Below are positions 1 to 8,843 of a DNA stretch of 64,000 nt, piece by piece (the stretch's first letter is position 1; each line of letters starts with the position of its first letter). The DNA is taken from assembly GCA_937880925.1 (NCBI GenBank), contig CALGGB010000065.1, positions 6,004-70,003 on the forward strand. Reading direction: 5' to 3'. This DNA comes from an uncultured Rhodospirillaceae bacterium. Its GTDB lineage: Bacteria; Pseudomonadota; Alphaproteobacteria; SP197. The notes beneath the pieces are model-generated. The model searched no databases. It had not been told where the DNA came from and saw only the letters and a list, made by a program, of their open reading frames with translations. Both the position numbers and the translations under genes were made by a program.

Positions 1-731
1 GGGAAGTGCACCGTGATGAAGGCGATCTGGAAACCGCAGACGAAGAACCCTGTGGTGAGCAGGAGGTAGCCGCGATGACCGGCGGCCTCGCGCAGGGCCT
101 GCCCGACCGACTGGTTGCTGGCGATTTCACCGACGCCGGCGTTTGACTTCGGCAGCACGAAGGCGAGCGGGATGATCGCCATGGCGGTGGCGGCGAGAGC
201 GATCAGCGCGCCCTGCCAGCCCAGCAGCGAGATCGCACCCTGTCCGCCCAGCGCGAAGATCACCTGGCCCAGCGACCCTGAGGCAGTGCCAAGGCCCAGC
301 GCCAGCGAGCGCATGTGCGGCGGCACGACGCGGGCCATGGCCGCCAGCGCCAGGGAAAAGCCGGTGAAGGCGACGCCGATGCCCACCGCCACGCCCGCGA
401 CCAGGGTGAAAAGCACGCTGTTGTCGACCACGCCCATGGCCCAGGTCGCGGCACCAAAGATCAGCGCGCCGAGCACGATGACGCGGGCCGGGCCGTAGCG
501 GTCGGCCAGCGCGCCCGCGACCGGCGCGGCAAGGCCCCACACCAGGTTCTGCACGGAAAGGGCGATGGAGAAGGTCTCCCGACTCCAGCCCTGCGCTTCC
601 GTGATGGGATCGAGGAAAAAGCCGAAGACCGAGCGGATGCCGAAGCCGATCACGGCGATGGCGCAACCGGCCAGGATCACGACCATCGGCGTGCGCCAAC
701 CGGCTGCGGGAGCGGCAGAAGATGTCGACAT
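1..731 (-). CDS. MFS transporter (3' end runs off the window)
   Basis: Not in the ORF track because it has no stop in the window. ATG at 731 reads MSTSSAAPAAGWRTPMVVILAGCAIAVIGFGIRSVFGFFL...GALADRYGPARV (MFS motif A)...GFFVCGFQIAFITVHFP; many hydrophobic helices. Confidence 0.9.
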   Translation of the reverse strand, partial: MSTSSAAPAAGWRTPMVVILAGCAIAVIGFGIRSVFGFFLDPITEAQGWSRETFSIALSVQNLVWGLAAPVAGALADRYGPARVIVLGALIFGAATWAMGVVDNSVLFTLVAGVAVGIGVAFTGFSLALAAMARVVPPHMRSLALGLGTASGSLGQVIFALGGQGAISLLGWQGALIALAATAMAIIPLAFVLPKSNAGVGEIASNQSVGQALREAAGHRGYLLLTTGFFVCGFQIAFITVHF

Positions 732-830
732 GCGAACTCTAAAGGCGGGCCCGCCAAACGGCGGTGGGGCTTGCAGGACCCGAACTAGACACCCTCATGA
801 CGTGCGGCGCAATCGCAGCGGCAGGGCCCG

Positions 831-1043
831 TCAGTCCTTCAGCAGCCGGCCGATCATGCGGCCTGCCGTGCGCGCGGGATGTTCGCCAGGCTGGCCCTCG
901 CCGGCGGCCTGGCGCGCGGACTGCAGCTTGCGCTCGATCACAGGCTTGGCCTGGGTGTGATAGACCTCGGCCGCCTTGGCGCGGACCTTGGGGTCGGCGG
1001 CAACGCGGCGGGCGGCCATGGTGAGGAGCTGGCGCAGGATCAT
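831..1043 (-). CDS. small basic hypothetical protein (70 aa)
   Basis: Lies 9 nt downstream of the co-oriented DUF6445-like gene and fills the gap to the MFS gene; no family recognised. Confidence 0.55.
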   Translation of the reverse strand: MILRQLLTMAARRVAADPKVRAKAAEVYHTQAKPVIERKLQSARQAAGEGQPGEHPARTAGRMIGRLLKD

Positions 1044-1052
1044 GGGGCCATT

Positions 1053-1700
1053 CTACAGCATCGGCACGGTCACCGCACCGACCGCGTCGGGGGCAGGCGC
1101 GAAGAACAGCAGGATCACCAGGCGGCCGTCCTCGATGGTGGTGCCGAAGCCGTCGCCGCTGGAATGCCAGAACCAGGGCCGGAAGAGGACGCAGCGGTTG
1201 AACTTCATCGGCAGGGTATGGGTCAGCTCCCAGGCGTCGGGGTCGCTGCCGTTCTCGACCGTCAGGATCTCCATCAGCGCCTCGCGCGGGGTCGGCTTGC
1301 CGTAGATCGCCTGGGCCTCGGCGTCGTCCAGCGGCGCACGGTCGGTGCCGTAGCGCAGGTTGCGGAAAAAGTCGGTGCCTCCGGCGGCATCCTCGTCGCG
1401 CGAGAGATAGATGATGCCTGCCCAGGTGGCGCCGGGATCGACATGGACCCGGCCGCGCCGCTCATCGGCCGCCAGGGTCAGACGCGCGCAGCCGTGGGAC
1501 CACTTGTTGATGCCGATGATCTTCTCGCCGACAAGCTGGCTGAACATCTGGTCGCTGCCGGGCCATGCCATCGACTGCCTGGAATTGCGACCGGGATAAT
1601 AGACCTGCCCGGGATCGGGATAGTCGAGACCCAGCGCCACCTCGCGCGCCTTGTCGGGGCGGTCGAAGAAGTCGTCGATCATCATGAACGAACGCTGCAT
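1053..1700 (-). CDS. DUF6445-like protein (putative 2OG-Fe(II) oxygenase fold)
   Basis: IDDFFDRPD...YPG, HVD, WAGIIYL, GGTDFF and FNRCVLFRPWFWHS motifs. Confidence 0.7.
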   Translation of the reverse strand: MQRSFMMIDDFFDRPDKAREVALGLDYPDPGQVYYPGRNSRQSMAWPGSDQMFSQLVGEKIIGINKWSHGCARLTLAADERRGRVHVDPGATWAGIIYLSRDEDAAGGTDFFRNLRYGTDRAPLDDAEAQAIYGKPTPREALMEILTVENGSDPDAWELTHTLPMKFNRCVLFRPWFWHSSGDGFGTTIEDGRLVILLFFAPAPDAVGAVTVPML

Positions 1701-1706
1701 GGGAGG

Positions 1707-2651
1707 TCAGCCTGCCATCAGGCGGTCGATTTCGGTCAGTTCGTCGCCGCTCATGCGCCAGGCCATGACCGCCTTGGCATTGGCCCTGGCCTGAGACGGC
1801 TTGGTCGCACCGCAAATGACCGTGGAGACGACATCGTGGCTGGCCAGCCAGCCGATCGCCAGTTCGAGAAGACTGTGGCCATGCGCGGCGGCAAAAGCCT
1901 CCAGCCGGTCGACCCTGTCGAAGTTGGCATCGCTCAGCACCTCGGCGTAGCGCGGATCATCGCCCGCCAGCCGCATCGATTTCGCGGGCCGCTTGCCCCG
2001 GCTGTACTTGCCCGAGAGCAGGCCCATGGCGAGCGGGAAATAGGGCATGATGCCCAGACCGAAACGGCGTGCGGCGGGCACCACCTCGTCCTCCACGCCG
2101 CGGCTGAACAGGTTCCACTCGCTCTGGCAGACCACGTAGGGGTTGAAGCGGCGATCGGCGGAGGTCCAGGCGGCGTCGGCAATCTGCCAGCCGGCATAGT
2201 TGGAGCACCCGGCATAGCGGATCTTGCCCTGGGCGGTGAGGCGGTCGAAAGCCTCCAGGGTCTCCTCGATGGGTGTGACGGGATCGGGCGCATGGTGCAG
2301 GTAGAGGTCGATCCAGTCAGTCTTCAGCCGCTTCAGGCTGGCCTCGCAGGAGCGGATGATGTGGTCGCGCGAACCGCGCCGGACATGGGCGGGTGTAGCC
2401 GCCGTCTTCATGCCCACCTTGGAGACCACCACGACATCCTTGCGCTGCTTGCCCAGCGCCTTGCCCAGGATCGTCTCGGAAACGCCGTCGTCATAACAAT
2501 CGGCCGTGTCGAACAGCGAGATGCCGGCATCAAGCGCACCGTGGACGACCTTGGTCCCCTGCGCTTCATCGACCCACCAGCCCAGGGTGTTGCAGCCCAT
2601 GCCGGCCAGAGAAACGGAGAGGCCCGAGCGGCCCATGGTGCGGAATTCCAT
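1707..2651 (-). CDS. aldo/keto reductase
   Basis: GRSGLSVS, FDTADCY, SLKRLKTDWIDLYLHH, GKIRYAGCSN, PYFPLAMGLLSGKY motifs. Confidence 0.95.
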   Translation of the reverse strand: MEFRTMGRSGLSVSLAGMGCNTLGWWVDEAQGTKVVHGALDAGISLFDTADCYDDGVSETILGKALGKQRKDVVVVSKVGMKTAATPAHVRRGSRDHIIRSCEASLKRLKTDWIDLYLHHAPDPVTPIEETLEAFDRLTAQGKIRYAGCSNYAGWQIADAAWTSADRRFNPYVVCQSEWNLFSRGVEDEVVPAARRFGLGIMPYFPLAMGLLSGKYSRGKRPAKSMRLAGDDPRYAEVLSDANFDRVDRLEAFAAAHGHSLLELAIGWLASHDVVSTVICGATKPSQARANAKAVMAWRMSGDELTEIDRLMAG

Positions 2652-2752
2652 TGCGGCGATCCTCCAAAACAGGACGCCATCCTAGACGGCCCGCGCCGGG
2701 CCGGTCCACGGCGGCGGTTGCCGCGCCCGAGCCCGCAGGCTAGTTCAGAACC

Positions 2753-3382
2753 ATGAACCACGATTTTGCGATCAACGAGGCCCTGCGCGCGGCGATGGCG
2801 CAGCGGCTGGCGGCTTTCCCGCGCCAGAGCCAGAGCGGCGAAGGCCTCAAGCGCGCGGCCGTCACCATGACCGTGGTCGATGACGGCTATGGCCAGGGCG
2901 CCTTCATCCTGACCAAGCGGGCTCCGCGCATGAACCGCCACGCCGGACAGTGGGCCCTGCCCGGCGGCCGCCTGGACCCAGGCGAGACGCCCGAGCAGGC
3001 GGGCCTGCGCGAGCTCCACGAGGAGGTCAATCTCGAGCTTGGTGCAGCGGCAATCCTGGGGCGCCTTGACGACTATCCCACCCGTTCGGGTTATCTCATC
3101 ACGCCAGTGGTGATCTGGGCCGGCAGCAAGGCCGAGCTCGTGCCCAACCCGGCCGAGGTCGCCTCGATCCACCGCATCGCTTTCCGCGATCTTTTCGTCC
3201 CGGGATCGCCCGAGTTCGTCAGTATTCCCGAGAGCGACCGCCCGGTGATCCGCATGCCGCTGGCCGGCAGCAGCATCCATGCGCCCACCGCCGCCGTGCT
3301 CTACCAGTTCCGCGAGGTGGCGCTGGCTGGCCGCGCGACGCGCGTTGCGCACCTGGAACAGCCGGTCTTCGCCTGGCGATAG
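2753..3382 (+). CDS. Nudix hydrolase, CoA pyrophosphatase family
   Basis: HAGQWALPGG plus Nudix box GRLDPGETPEQAGLRELHEEVNL; PNPAEV. Confidence 0.9.
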   Translation: MNHDFAINEALRAAMAQRLAAFPRQSQSGEGLKRAAVTMTVVDDGYGQGAFILTKRAPRMNRHAGQWALPGGRLDPGETPEQAGLRELHEEVNLELGAAAILGRLDDYPTRSGYLITPVVIWAGSKAELVPNPAEVASIHRIAFRDLFVPGSPEFVSIPESDRPVIRMPLAGSSIHAPTAAVLYQFREVALAGRATRVAHLEQPVFAWR

Positions 3383-3392
3383 AACGCGCAGG

Positions 3393-3417
3393 GGAACGCT
3401 CCGGCGCACCCGGCGTT
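3393..3417 (+). promoter_or_regulatory. EcfG/sigmaT (general stress response) promoter
   Basis: GGAAC (3393-3397), 16-nt spacer, CGTT (3414-3417): exact match to the alphaproteobacterial GGAAC-N16-CGTT consensus, about 65 nt upstream of a Pmp3/YqaE gene. Confidence 0.75.
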
Positions 3418-3482
3418 GTATTCAGCGACATCAGCGCGCATATGCGCTCGACTCCACAACATGATCCATTCCGGGGGCCGAC

Positions 3483-3641
3483 ATGGATATCATTCGCATC
3501 ATCTGCGCCATCTTGCTGCCGCCGCTCGGCGTCTTCCTTCAGGTCGGCTTCGGGCTGCATTTCTGGCTCAACATCCTGCTGACGCTGTGCGGCTATCTGC
3601 CGGGCATCATCCATGCCATCTGGATCATTGCAAAACGCTGA
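3483..3641 (+). CDS. YqaE/Pmp3 family proteolipid (52 aa)
   Basis: Below the ORF-track cutoff. Reads MDIIRIICAILLPPLGVFLQVGFGLHFWLNILLTLCGYLPGIIHAIWIIAKR, with the LLPPLGV and LLTLxGYxPGxIHA signatures. Confidence 0.92.
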   Translation: MDIIRIICAILLPPLGVFLQVGFGLHFWLNILLTLCGYLPGIIHAIWIIAKR

Positions 3642-3978
3642 TCCCGACACCCAGAGGCGGCTGGACCGGCTGCGCGCCCTGGCGCGTATGCAGGACAGCC
3701 GCTTCGGCCTGCTTGGCATCCGCTTCGGCTGGGACAGTGTCATCGGGCTGATTCCCGGTATCGGCGATACCGTGACGACGGCGCTTGCGACCTATGTTGT
3801 GGTCGAGGCGGCGCGTCTTGGTGCGTCCAAACCCGTGCTCGCGCGCATGGCCTTCAATGTCGCCGTCGACTTCGTGCTGGGCGCGACACCGCTGATCGGC
3901 GACCTGGCCGATGTCGCCTTCAAGGCCAACCTGCGCAACGTGGCGCTGCTCGAACGCCACCTCAACGGCACCAGCTAG
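3628..3978 (+). CDS. DUF4112 domain protein
   Basis: RFGWDSVIGLIPGIGD...GATPLIGDLADVAFKANLRNVALLERHL. Start uncertain (TTG 3628 or ATG 3613). Confidence 0.85.
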   Translation: MQNADPDTQRRLDRLRALARMQDSRFGLLGIRFGWDSVIGLIPGIGDTVTTALATYVVVEAARLGASKPVLARMAFNVAVDFVLGATPLIGDLADVAFKANLRNVALLERHLNGTS

Positions 3979-3982
3979 CCCT

Positions 3983-4007
3983 GCAACAAAAGGAGCGCTC
4001 CCACGTT
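3983..4007 (+). promoter_or_regulatory. second EcfG-type promoter
   Basis: GCAAC (3983-3987), 16-nt spacer, CGTT (4004-4007), 32 nt before the ATG at 4040. Confidence 0.6.
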
Positions 4008-4039
4008 GGTAGGGACAAGACACCAACGGGAGTACGCCC

Positions 4040-4492
4040 ATGACCACTACTTCTCCAAACGTCGCGGCGGCCCAGGCCGACGTGAAGCACAACGCCGAGC
4101 GCCTCAAGGCCGACGGCAGCGCCCTGGTCGACGACCTCAAGGGCCAGGCCGAGGAATACGGCGAGGTCCGCAAGGATCAGTTCGCCGATCGCGTCGGCGG
4201 CATCGCCGATACCCTGCGCAGCACCTCCAAGAAGTTCCGCAAGCAGGACGAAGGCGCCGCTGCCGGCCTGACCGACACGGCGGCCGACCAGCTCGACCGC
4301 GTCTCGGCGTCGCTGCGCAACAAGGACCTTTCGACCATGATGTCGGAAGCGAGCGACCTGGCGCGCAGTCATCCGGCGATCTTCCTGGGCGGCGCCGTTG
4401 CCCTGGGCTTTGTTGCCGGCCGCTTCCTGCGCGCCAGCAGCGAGGAAGTGCAGGACGACCATCAGGACATGCCCGCCACGCCGGGCGTCTGA
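4040..4492 (+). CDS. stress-induced LEA/ElaB-like protein with C-terminal membrane anchor
   Basis: Amphipathic helical N-terminus, then ARSHPAIFLGGAVALGFVAGRFLRAS; GGAG RBS upstream. Confidence 0.75.
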   Translation: MTTTSPNVAAAQADVKHNAERLKADGSALVDDLKGQAEEYGEVRKDQFADRVGGIADTLRSTSKKFRKQDEGAAAGLTDTAADQLDRVSASLRNKDLSTMMSEASDLARSHPAIFLGGAVALGFVAGRFLRASSEEVQDDHQDMPATPGV

Positions 4493-4495
4493 TCC

Positions 4496-4918
4496 ATGGA
4501 ACGGGGCGAAAGCCACAGGTCCGAGAACCACAGGCCTGAAGGCCATCGGACGGTGATCGATATCCTGCGCGCGCTGGGTGACGACCTGCAGAGGCTGGTC
4601 GGCATGCAGATCGAGCTGGCGATCGCCGAGGTCCACCAGAAGATCAGCCAGGCGGGCCACGCCCTGCTGGCACTGGCCTGTGGCCTGCTTCTGGCGCTGG
4701 CCGCGTTCCTGGTCGTGCTTCAGGCCGTGGTCCAGGCCCTGGCGCAGTCGATGCCGGCCTGGCTTGCCGCAGCCCTGATCGGCGGTGTGGTTGCCGCCGT
4801 GGCGGCAGTCTGGATCTGGGCCGCCCTGCGCGCCCTGCACACCGAAAACCTCATGCCGCGCCGCACGATGGATGCCATCCGGCGCGACAAGCAACTCATC
4901 AAGGAGACACTCTCATGA
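4496..4918 (+). CDS. phage-holin-family (YqjE/DUF1469-like) membrane protein
   Basis: DLQRLVGMQIELAIAEV, two hydrophobic helices, PRRTMDAIRRD. Confidence 0.8.
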   Translation: MERGESHRSENHRPEGHRTVIDILRALGDDLQRLVGMQIELAIAEVHQKISQAGHALLALACGLLLALAAFLVVLQAVVQALAQSMPAWLAAALIGGVVAAVAAVWIWAALRALHTENLMPRRTMDAIRRDKQLIKETLS

Positions 4919-5694
4919 CCACCCAGCATGGCGTCGAAAACGCCACCACCCAGACCAACCGTACGCCCGAACAGATTCAGCGCGAGTTGGGCAACACCCG
5001 TTCGCGCATCGATAACGGCCTGGACGAACTCGACAATCGTCTGGGCAGCGGTGACGCGATCAAGGAAGCCGCCAGTCACATGCGCGACAGCGCCGCGGAG
5101 ATTTCCTCCAGCGTCGGCCGCGTGATCCGCGAGAACCCCGTGCCCGCATTCCTGATCGGTGCCGGTGCCGCCTGGATCGCGATGAGCGCGCTTTCCAACA
5201 CCCGCCGCGGCCAGGAAGTGCGCGCCCGGGTCGGCGAGCGGGCCCATGATGTTGCCGTGCGCGCCGGCGATCAGGCCGAAGGCCTGCGCCATCGCGCCGA
5301 TGCCTTCAAGCAGCGTGCCGGCGAAACGGTCGAGCAGGCCCGCCAGCGCGCCATCGATGCCGGCCATCGTGTCCGCGAGAGTGCCGGCCAGGTCGCAGGC
5401 AAGGCAACCGACGCCTTCGAGAGCCAGCCCCTGCTGATCGGTGCCCTGGGCATCGCCGTGGGTGCGGCCATCGGCGCCAGCATCCCCTCGACCCGCCGTG
5501 AGAACGAGCTGGTCGGCCCGCTGCGCGACCGTCTGAAGAACGATGCGGTCGACTACGGGCGCGAGCAGATCCAGCGCGCCGGCGATGCCGCCCACGAAGC
5601 CATCGAGGGTGTCCGCGAGGAGACCAGCAAGGCGGTCAAGGACATGAAGGCCGAAAACAACGACAAGAACACGACGGCCAAGGCCGCGAGCTGA
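4915..5694 (+). CDS. DUF3618 domain protein
   Basis: PEQIQRELGNTRSRIDNGLDEL N-terminus, RENPVPAFLIGAG, QPLLIGALGIAVGAAIGASIPSTRRE; ATGA overlap with the previous gene. Confidence 0.8.
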   Translation: MTTQHGVENATTQTNRTPEQIQRELGNTRSRIDNGLDELDNRLGSGDAIKEAASHMRDSAAEISSSVGRVIRENPVPAFLIGAGAAWIAMSALSNTRRGQEVRARVGERAHDVAVRAGDQAEGLRHRADAFKQRAGETVEQARQRAIDAGHRVRESAGQVAGKATDAFESQPLLIGALGIAVGAAIGASIPSTRRENELVGPLRDRLKNDAVDYGREQIQRAGDAAHEAIEGVREETSKAVKDMKAENNDKNTTAKAAS

Positions 5695-5717
5695 TCGCGG
5701 CAGGCGCCTTGCGATTC

Positions 5718-5750
5718 AGGGGCGGTCCTTCGGGGCCGCCCCTTTCTTTT
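5718..5750 (+). terminator. Rho-independent terminator
   Basis: AGGGGCGGTCC-TTCG-GGGCCGCCCCT followed by TTCTTTT, just after the stress operon. Confidence 0.85.
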
Positions 5751-5754
5751 GTCC

Positions 5755-7842
5755 TCAGGCCGGGCGCAGCCAGACGGCCGTGTCGTGGAACAGGCCGCCG
5801 CCTACCGGGGCGCCGGGTTCTGCCGAAACCAGCAGGTTGATGCCGATGCCTTCCTCGAAGGCGGCGTTGGGCCAGACGCTTTCGACGATGGCGGTGCCGG
5901 CCACCATGCCGTCGAAGAGTTCGGCGTGGAGAACCAGGCTGCCCTTGGCATTGCCCATGCGCACCCGCTCGCCCTCGCCGATCGCCAGGCGCGCGGCGTC
6001 TTCAGGATGCAGCTTCACGGTAGGCCGGCCTTCGCGCGCCCTGGAGGTCGGCGTCTCGGTGAAGCTGGAATTGAGAAAGTTGCGCGCCGGAGCAGTGACC
6101 AGACGGAAGGGCCGCTCCGCATCAGCGCGGTCGATGACGTCCCAGTGATCGGGGAAGCCCGGCATGTTGCCCGGCGTGCCTTCCGGCCCGAAACGGTTGA
6201 GCGGATGGGACCAGTCGGCGCGGAAATGGAACTTGCCATCGGCATGGCCAAAGCCGTCGAGAAAGTGAGACGTGCGGAAACCCGGCTGGATGTCGATCCA
6301 GCGCGCCGCTTCCAGGGCGCCCAGATCGCCATGACCGGAATCGCGCAGGGTCCGGTCGGCGAGTTCGCGCGGGCTCATGGCAAAACCCTCGTGGGCGTCG
6401 GCGACGCCCAGACGGCGGGCGAGATCGCAGATCACCTCGTGGTTGGAGCGGCAGCCTTCGGGCGCCTGCACCAGCTTTGGACCCCACATGATGTGCTGAT
6501 GGCCGCCGCCCTGGTAGAGGTCGTCGTGCTCCACGAACATGGTGGCGGGCAGCACGATGTCGGCGGCCTGCGCGGTCTCGGTCATGAACTGCTCGTGGAC
6601 CGCGACGAACAGGTCCTCGCGCGCGAAGCCCTTGTGCACGAGGCCCAGATCTGGCGCGACCATCATGGGGTTGGTGTTCTGGATCAGCAGGGCCGTCACA
6701 GGCGGGCCATCGCCGAGATCGCGGCGGTCGCCGGTCAGCACCGGGCCGATACGCGACTGGTCGAGCACGCGGATGTCGCGGTCGCGCAGGTCCAGGCCCT
6801 CGATCACCGTGCGGTCCCAGCCGTAGATCGCACCGTTGTTGTGGAAGGCGCCGCCGCCCTCGTGGCTCCAGGCGCCGGTGACGGTGGCGATGGAAGCTGC
6901 GGCATGCATGGCGACGGCCCCGTTGCGCCCGCGGCAGAAACCGTAGCCCAGGCGGAAGAAGGTGCGCGGTGTGGTGCCGACGAGACGCGCGAAGGCCTCG
7001 ATCTGTTCGGCCGGTACGCCGCAGATGGCTTCTGCCCATTGCGGGGTGCGGCTTTCGAGGTGCGCGGCCAGGCCATCGGGATCGTCGGCGTACTGGCGCA
7101 TGTAGTCCCAGTCGGCCAGGCCGTCGCGCAGCAGGACGTGCATGACGCCGCAGGCAAGGGCCGCGTCGGTGCCGGGTTTCACGCAGAGGAACATGTCGGC
7201 CTGTTTGGCCGTACCGTTGTTGTAGGTATCGACGGCGACGATCTTCGCACCGCGTTCCTTGCGCGCCTTCACCGCGTGGGTCATGACGTTGACCTGGGTG
7301 TTGACCGGGTTGGTGCCCCAGATCACCACGACATCGCTCTTGGCCATCTCGCGGGGATCGACGCCGCGCAGGGCGCCGGTGGCGGTGATCCAGCCGGTCC
7401 AGGCGAGCGTCGTGCAGATCGTGCTGTGCTGGCCCGAGTAACGCTTGGCATGGCGCAGGCGGTTGATGCCGTCGCGCATCACGAAACCCATGGTACCGGC
7501 ATAGTAGTAGGGCCAGACCGTCTCGCTGCCGTGGCGCGCCTCGGCCTCGGCAAAACGGCTCGCGATCTCGTCCATGGCCTCGTCCCAGGAGACCGGGGCA
7601 AAGCGGCCCGAGCCCTTGGGCCCGACACGGCGCATCGGCCGGGTCAGGCGGTCGGGATGGTGCAGGCGCTCGGCGTAGCGCGCGACCTTGGCGCAGATGA
7701 CGCCGGCCGTGTAGCTGTTGTCGGCGGCGCCGCGCACCCGGCCGATGCGGGCGGGCCCCAGCACCTCGACCTCCAGCGCGCAGGTCGAGGGACAATCATG
7801 GGGACAGGCGCTGTAGCCCAGGGTGATCGCATCAGGGGCCAT
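5755..7842 (-). CDS. molybdopterin (bis-PGD) oxidoreductase, catalytic subunit
   Basis: CPHDCPSTC...GVICAK Fe-S motif, RLTRPMRRVG, VSWDEA, YYYAGTMG, TETAQAADIVLPA, C-terminal Mo-dinucleotide-binding domain. Confidence 0.92.
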   Translation of the reverse strand: MAPDAITLGYSACPHDCPSTCALEVEVLGPARIGRVRGAADNSYTAGVICAKVARYAERLHHPDRLTRPMRRVGPKGSGRFAPVSWDEAMDEIASRFAEAEARHGSETVWPYYYAGTMGFVMRDGINRLRHAKRYSGQHSTICTTLAWTGWITATGALRGVDPREMAKSDVVVIWGTNPVNTQVNVMTHAVKARKERGAKIVAVDTYNNGTAKQADMFLCVKPGTDAALACGVMHVLLRDGLADWDYMRQYADDPDGLAAHLESRTPQWAEAICGVPAEQIEAFARLVGTTPRTFFRLGYGFCRGRNGAVAMHAAASIATVTGAWSHEGGGAFHNNGAIYGWDRTVIEGLDLRDRDIRVLDQSRIGPVLTGDRRDLGDGPPVTALLIQNTNPMMVAPDLGLVHKGFAREDLFVAVHEQFMTETAQAADIVLPATMFVEHDDLYQGGGHQHIMWGPKLVQAPEGCRSNHEVICDLARRLGVADAHEGFAMSPRELADRTLRDSGHGDLGALEAARWIDIQPGFRTSHFLDGFGHADGKFHFRADWSHPLNRFGPEGTPGNMPGFPDHWDVIDRADAERPFRLVTAPARNFLNSSFTETPTSRAREGRPTVKLHPEDAARLAIGEGERVRMGNAKGSLVLHAELFDGMVAGTAIVESVWPNAAFEEGIGINLLVSAEPGAPVGGGLFHDTAVWLRPA

Positions 7843-7853
7843 GGCCGCCTCTC

Positions 7854-8747
7854 CTACCAGCGCAGCAGCGGCATAACCCCGGCGGGGCGCACCCCGTGCT
7901 CGGCGCAGGCCGCGAGAACCCGATCTTGCGGCGGCGGCGCCTCGGCCGCCACACCCCAGAAATGGGCAGGCAGGCCGCCGGTGATCCAGACGGCGTCGAT
8001 GCCGGCGTTGTGCGCGCCCAGGATATCGGTCTCGATCCCGTCACCCACCGCCAGCACGCGGTCGGGCGCAATGCCGCCCATCAGGGCGAGACTCCGCCGG
8101 TACACCGCCGGATAGGGCTTGCCTTCCTGGCGCATGTCGCCGCCGCGCGCCGCGTAATCCAGCGCAATCGCTCCGGCGCAGATCTGGCGCACGGGGCCGC
8201 GCAGTACAAAACGATCCGGGTTGGCCGAGGCCATCGGCAGCCGGTGGTCCAGGCAGGCCTGGGTTTCCGCGGCAAAGGAAGCGAGCGTGTCGTCGCCGTC
8301 ACGGATGCCGCAGCAGAGCACGAAATCAGCCTGATCCAGGGCGCTGGCGCGACGGAAGCGCAGGCCCTCCAGCAGGTTGGCGTCCCGCTCGGTGCCGATG
8401 TGGTGAAAGCGGTCGCCCAGGGCGGCGTACCAGGGATCGCTTGCTTCATCGATCTCCAGGCGCAGGGCCTCGCCCGCGGTCATCACCGCATCATAGGCAT
8501 CACCGGGAACGCCAAAGCCTTCCATCTGGCGGATCACCGCATCGTTGCGCCGGGGGGCGTTGGAGACCAGCACCACCCTGCCGCCGCCCGCGCGGTAACG
8601 CTGCAGGGCATCGACCGCGGCGGGATAGGCCGTGACGCCGTTGTGCAGGCAGCCCCAGAGATCGACCAGCAGGCCGTCGTAACGGCCCGCCAGTGCCTTG
8701 AGGCCATCGACAAGCGGAATCGGCTGGGCTTCGCGCGTGGCATTCAT
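7854..8747 (-). CDS. HAD-IIA hydrolase (TIGR01459-like)
   Basis: DLWGCLHNG, VSNAPR, ANPD, GKPYP, VGDGIETDILGA. Confidence 0.92.
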   Translation of the reverse strand: MNATREAQPIPLVDGLKALAGRYDGLLVDLWGCLHNGVTAYPAAVDALQRYRAGGGRVVLVSNAPRRNDAVIRQMEGFGVPGDAYDAVMTAGEALRLEIDEASDPWYAALGDRFHHIGTERDANLLEGLRFRRASALDQADFVLCCGIRDGDDTLASFAAETQACLDHRLPMASANPDRFVLRGPVRQICAGAIALDYAARGGDMRQEGKPYPAVYRRSLALMGGIAPDRVLAVGDGIETDILGAHNAGIDAVWITGGLPAHFWGVAAEAPPPQDRVLAACAEHGVRPAGVMPLLRW

Positions 8748-8843
8748 CGGGGCGCGGCCATGCTGGCGGAGGCGGGTTTCATGGCGGGCCTCGTGCCACA
8801 GCCCGCCCGCACCCGCAAGCGGTGCAGGCCCCTGCCCGCGCTT

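Noticed and set aside
879-2756. Long antisense or off-frame ORFs (also 5749-8115, 22208-24010, 29256-31055, 42689-44458, 47322-49232)
   Set aside because: Shadows of real genes in high-GC DNA; they have no motifs and lie opposite well-supported CDS.
4496-4918. Prophage suggested by the holin-family call
   Set aside because: No phage genes nearby; this YqjE-like family is chromosomal and sits in a stress operon.
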